From positions 71,214 through 135,213 of the forward strand of contig NW_005434574.1 of NCBI RefSeq assembly GCF_000315625.1: DNA of 64,000 bases. The letters run 5' to 3'. This DNA comes from Guillardia theta CCMP2712. Lineage: Eukaryota; Protista; Cryptophyta. Shown piece after piece: positions 59,141-64,000 of the stretch (position 1 is its first letter; every line of letters starts with the position of its first letter). The position numbers and the translations under genes are program-made. The notes under the pieces were generated by a model, which was not told where the DNA came from, searched no databases, and worked only from the letters and a program-made list of their open reading frames with translations.

Positions 59141-61004
59141 ACAGCGACCGGAAGAACTTCAAGGAGAACGACCGTCGTGGGCTCTTCCCTCAATGGGAGG
59201 AGACGACTCGGCTGTTGACGGAGATGGCGAGCCGCTGAGCTGACCGTCCGACTGTCGGAGCGCCGGGCTCCTGGCCCAGTGGAGGCCGGTCAGCAGGCGG
59301 GGCCCTGCCCGCGGGGCGCGTTCACCGCTGGCTGGCTAGTCGTGAAGTTGCTGAGTAAATTTACGACACTGAGTGACGGAGGCGTTGGACGCGCAGCCGA
59401 TATAAGGCTTATTGCTGCGGTTATCACTGCCGTTATTTCTGCCGTTTGTTGCAACAACGGTCGCTGTTGCGGCCGCAGCAAGTCAAACTGGTCTGCCATC
59501 TTTCGCTGCAGCCTGCGAGAAACAAGATACGCATGGGGGGAATTCCGGTTAGCCGGAGGACCGGGGCCAATATTGTCTCAAGACCCCTACCTTATGATTT
59601 ATAACCCCTACCTACTGCTTGACTTTCGGTTGCCTTCATGTAAGTACTATCCACCTTTTCACTAGTAAGATGATTGATAAATCTCTTACCCTGACACATC
59701 AAAAGTTTTTCTTATAACCCCTACCCATTAAAGAAGTACCCCTACCCCACTTGACTGAATCCAAAAAAGGATGTTTTTGAGTTGACATTTCGACAAGGGT
59801 GGGTAGTGAGAAGGTGCTGACGCACTGGGGGTGGGAGGGTACTCCCAAATGACCCACCCTGTCATCTGGACTATCAAGTCCAAATTACAGATAATTTTTG
59901 AATTGAATATATGAAAAGCTTCTCTAAATTATCAAGAACTTGAACAATATTTCCAATTTTGTGTACCCTTTGCCCTCAACCCCCTCTGACGATGTACCGT
60001 ACCTGCCCTTGAAGGAGCCACGACGTCAATAACCCCTACCCCTCCGGCCCCCTAATCTCGGCATTAGGCGTACTTGTATGAAAAATGCTACCACCCCTCC
60101 TTATTCAATTGCCGTACCCTACCCTACATCTTGACCCACTCTGACAGAATCAGTGATACCACCCCTCTTTGGAATTGTGATACGACCACTGAGTATCCAG
60201 GGGATCCGAGGGGGTGGGGTGATACACTGATACGGCAGCCAAAGGAGGGGTGCTTTCATAGTCGGAGCAAAGGGTGGTTGGAATGGTAGGGGGTAGGGGG
60301 TACAAAGCAACGAGGGAACCAAGGGATAAAGTGGGGTCCGATTGGGGATAAGGTAGGGGTGGGGTACAGTAGGAGCAATATGGGTGGTTGGAGACTTCAA
60401 TTATTATTGAAGGGGATGCGAAACATGCGGCAAGGAGCGATAAAAGGCCAAAAGGGAAAAGTTGGAGGAGTTGGAGGAGTGGGAGGAGTGGGAGGAGTGG
60501 GAGGAAGTAGGAGGAAGAAGTACGAAGGGAAGGAGGAGGAAGGAGTAGGATCTTGAAGAGAGCGAGGCCAGGAGGAGGGACAGGAGGAGAGGATGGGGGT
60601 AACCAGGTTGATGCGACATGCAAGCGTGAGGGAAGCGTTGAATTGATGAGGAAACGTCAAAGAGCAGACGATGGGATCAGAGCAAGGATGAAGAGAGAAT
60701 ATTCTATCAGTGAGGGCAAGGCAGGACAGAGAAACGGAAGGCAAGGGGGTTGAACCCAAAGGGCTCCGAGCTTGTAGACGGAGAGTATTGGGTGGGATGT
60801 GCTGGGAATCAGTGTCCACGAGTGAGCGAGGCAGAGTTATGATAGACATGGCAGAAGAGGAGGATGGTAGGAAAGGAAGCTAGGATATGACATGATGAGA
60901 AGGTGACTCCCTCCATCACGCGAAAGTCTTCCATAGATTGAATATTCCTACCAAAGTCGGTGATCAGGATTTTGTTTTCTTCCAGGTTCAAGTTCTATTT
61001 TGTT

Positions 61005-62435
61005 AGATCATCAGAGTCGGCCATGGAGAACTTCATGACACTCTTCGACGATAGAAAGGTGAGTGATGCGCGCCTCACCTGAACGCCTCGTGAGATCTGA
61101 TCATGATTGAGTTCTGATATATCTTTTCAACAGACTGCCAAAGAAAGCGAGACTACCGTCCCTCACGATCTCGTCAAGCAGTGGGTTCGGCATTGAGATC
61201 TCCTTACTACCATGAGCTGATCGACTGTAGGATAACATCATGTCGACCATCTTCAGTAAGCCTTCAAACTTGGATGGAGGATTGAAAGAGCGAGATGTCA
61301 GATCGCAGCCCCACAACAACAGTGAGCGCTTGTTTGTGTCTTGTGCTCTTGTAACAAGGATGTCTGTTTTGGCAGCGATGGAATCGTCGCAATCGTCGGC
61401 ATCAAAACTTGACCCGAAGCGGATGAAAGGGGAGAAATCCAACCCGGTCAGCAAGGACAGCAAACAGAGAAAAAGTCCCACCATCAAACCAGCGACAAGA
61501 TCGTTGAGTGCTGAAAAGGGAGACAAGAAATTTGTCAAGTTTAAGTTGGAAAGTGAGACGATAGAAGATGTATATGGAAGGGAAGCATACACAACCGCGC
61601 AGAAAGAGGAGGTAAGATATGGTGACACGTTGATTGTTGTGACGATGATGTATTCGACAACAACTATGATCTGATGATAACGATGATATGATGATAGTGA
61701 CAATCTGATGACAGGAAATCCTTCTTCATAAACAGCGCAATGAACAGATTGGTGACATATATGCCATCGCGGCTCTTCATGCGCAGCAGGTAGAGATCCG
61801 GCCTGTCACCTAATTTTCTCTTATCATCCTCTTACTCCCCTTCTGCTCTTTCTCTGTCTTCTTCCTCCCTCCTCTCTTGATGTATTCTCATCCTTTCCTC
61901 GCCTATCTCCGTAGCCTTGATGACCTCATCCTTCCTTCCTCTCCATCCTCTGCTCTTCGCTCTCTCCTCGCGTTTGTCCTCTGAATTTTCCACCTCGTTT
62001 TTCACTTCACTTTATTTCACTTGTCTCCTCTCCTCATCCTCTTCCCTCCTCTCCTCATCCTCTTCCCTCCTCTTCCCTCCTCCCCTCCCCTCCCCTCTCC
62101 TCCCCTCTCCTCTCCTCTCCTCTCCTCTCCTCTCCTCTCCTCTCCGTCCTCTCCTCATCCTCTTCCCTTCCCTTCTCTTCCCTCCTCTCCTCTCCTCTCC
62201 TCTCCTCTCTCTCTCCTCTCCTCCCCCCCCCCCCTGTCCTCTTCATCACTGACAGCTCGCAGGCCAAACAGGCTGCTGCTCGTTTTTCCGATGAGCCGTC
62301 GGAATCTCATTCCAACTTCGAGCTCACACGTCAGAAAAAATCAAAAAACAGGGAGGGGAAAATTTCGGAGACTAACGCGCCGATTCCTACTCTAGCCCGT
62401 CGGCCCTCAAAGGAAGACTTCGACACTAACAAGTT
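61005..62435 (+). CDS. Probable multi-exon gene of unknown function
   Basis: Several GT-AG-bounded coding-like exons (e.g. ESETIEDVYGREAYTTAQKEE|EILLHKQRNEQIGDIYAIAALHAQQ); C/T-rich introns; boundaries uncertain. Confidence 0.4.
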
Positions 62436-62640
62436 TGTGATGTTGTAGATGAAGAGATTCAAGGAGATTGTAGGGAGGTTGTCGATTGCACCGCGTCTTT
62501 CTTTCTCGTTGTTGTAATATTTTGTAAGTTTTGAATTCAACTGTCACGAACGCTACCATCTAATCTTCGTGTTAATCTTCGAACTGTTTCTATCTCAGTT
62601 AAAATTTTTCCTCTTTCACTCAGCTCGTCTCTTCTTCTTA

Positions 62641-62673
<33 letters not shown>

Positions 62674-62699
62674 TTTCTTTGTTCCACGCTCTCGTTGCA

Positions 62700-63657
62700 G
62701 ATCTTGTGACTATTTCCACATCTTTCTTACGGGCTGTAGAGGGAGGACGAGGGAGCGGAGGACCACAGCATACAACCGACTTTCGTCCCATCTTGCGATT
62801 TGCCAGTCCCTCTGCAACCAAACATGTCAGGTGTATCCGCTACATCACAACTGTGAGCAAGAACCTGGAGCTGTTTGTTCCATACATGTTCACTGTTCTC
62901 ATGGACAAGGAGGCTTCGTGCTTGCTGGTGTCTTCTCTGTACCATTTTGACGTGTTCGCCATGTTCTCCTTATCTCTGAGATCGCTCGATGCTTGTGAAC
63001 TCTTCTTCTTTATCTTTTTGCGAGTCATGATTGTGGTTTCAGGAGATCTCTTGTTACCTTTGTAGAATGTTGCTTCTCAAGATGTTTCACTGCATTGAAC
63101 ATCTCCTGCTCCATACATGAGCTGATCCCTCTTCCTCCTCCTCCTCCTCTCATCCTCCTGCTACCTCCTCCTCTCATCCTCCTCCTCCTCCTTCTCCTCC
63201 TGCTACCTCCTCCTCCTCCTCCTCCCATCCTCCTCCTCCTCTTCCGCCTCCTTCCCATCCACCCCCTCTTCTCCTGCCTCCTGCCTCCTGCCCTGTTCAA
63301 TCTCTGCATTGCGCTGCTGTTTCTGTCCCTCTCCTGTCCTGTCCTCTGTCCTTCACCTGAGCTTTCTTGGTCTCCCGCCTGTTGGTGTAGATCTTCCCCA
63401 GACGTCTGCAAGGCGTCACAACGTGTTCAATCTGAGGCGTGACTCACGTCAAGATCATACACTGCTCTTCCCACCGCAACGTGTGTTGCAGCTTCGCAGT
63501 CAGCTGCCGGATCTCAGCTTGCTGATGCAGCGAGTCGAAGGTGAGAAACGATCCAGTTTGGAGGAGGAGGAGGAGAGAGGGAGGAGGCAGGAGGAGGAGA
63601 AGGAGAAGGAGGAGAGAGAGAGAGGGAGGAGGCAGAAGGAGGAGAAGGAGGAGGAGG

Positions 63658-63756
<99 letters not shown>

Positions 63757-63793
63757 AGGGAGGGAGGGAGGAGAAGGAGGAGGAGGAGGAGGG

Positions 63794-63829
<36 letters not shown>

Positions 63830-64000
63830 GAGAGAAAGGAGGAAGTGAGGGAGGAGGAGAGGGAGGAGGAGGAGAGGAAGAAGCAGCAGCAGCAGGAGCA
63901 GGAAGGTACCTGCAGCACTTGGTTGTAAAGGAGGTATTTCTTCTCAATTTCATCGCAGATATCTGACGAACTGTCTGGCAGTTGAACCTGCAAGGACAAG
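62700..64000 (-). CDS. Probable 3' part of a multi-exon minus-strand gene running off the window
   Basis: Exon-like pieces (VQLPDSSSDICDEIEKKYLLYNQVLQ; FDSLHQQAEIRQLTAKLQHTLR) separated by an intron that reads (GA)n/(GAG)n on the plus strand. Confidence 0.4.
63560..63905. repeat. (GA)n/(GAG)n microsatellite, probably intronic
   Basis: Direct reading. Confidence 0.9.

Overview
Eukaryotic nuclear DNA, not prokaryotic. Evidence: short GT-AG introns with CTGAC-type branch points, microsatellite-filled introns and a 100-N gap at 46763-46862. The gene style suggests a cryptophyte-like alga (inference only). Contents from left to right: (i) a ~14 kb intronless giant Cys-rich surface-protein gene (832-~14780), broken by a ~9.15 kb internal inversion (about 1293-10447) and two frameshifts; (ii) a 22-aa-repeat protein and two divergent spliced membrane/secreted protein genes; (iii) an LRR + beta/gamma-crystallin + LamG secreted protein; (iv) a Ser-rich/Myxococcus Cys-repeat/ZU5 type I membrane protein; (v) a multi-C2/PH protein; (vi) a GT29 sialyltransferase-like gene whose 3' end overlaps a convergent M3-type peptidase gene; (vii) a low-complexity protein with a SETD5/MLL5-like motif; (viii) the best candidate for a new system, a two-exon gene (54606-59140) encoding CHAT caspase-like protease + SAM-like domain + Schlafen-like SF1 helicase + CCCH zinc finger (only visible after splicing) + ankyrin repeats, i.e. 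a putative nucleic-acid-sensing, protease-effector immune receptor. Intergenic DNA shows two recurring word-biased tract types (CCGG/TGAGT/CAGTG-rich and TACCCC/GGGGTA-rich) that bracket intronless or CpG-depleted decayed islands. All domain calls are by eye from motifs; no searches were run.
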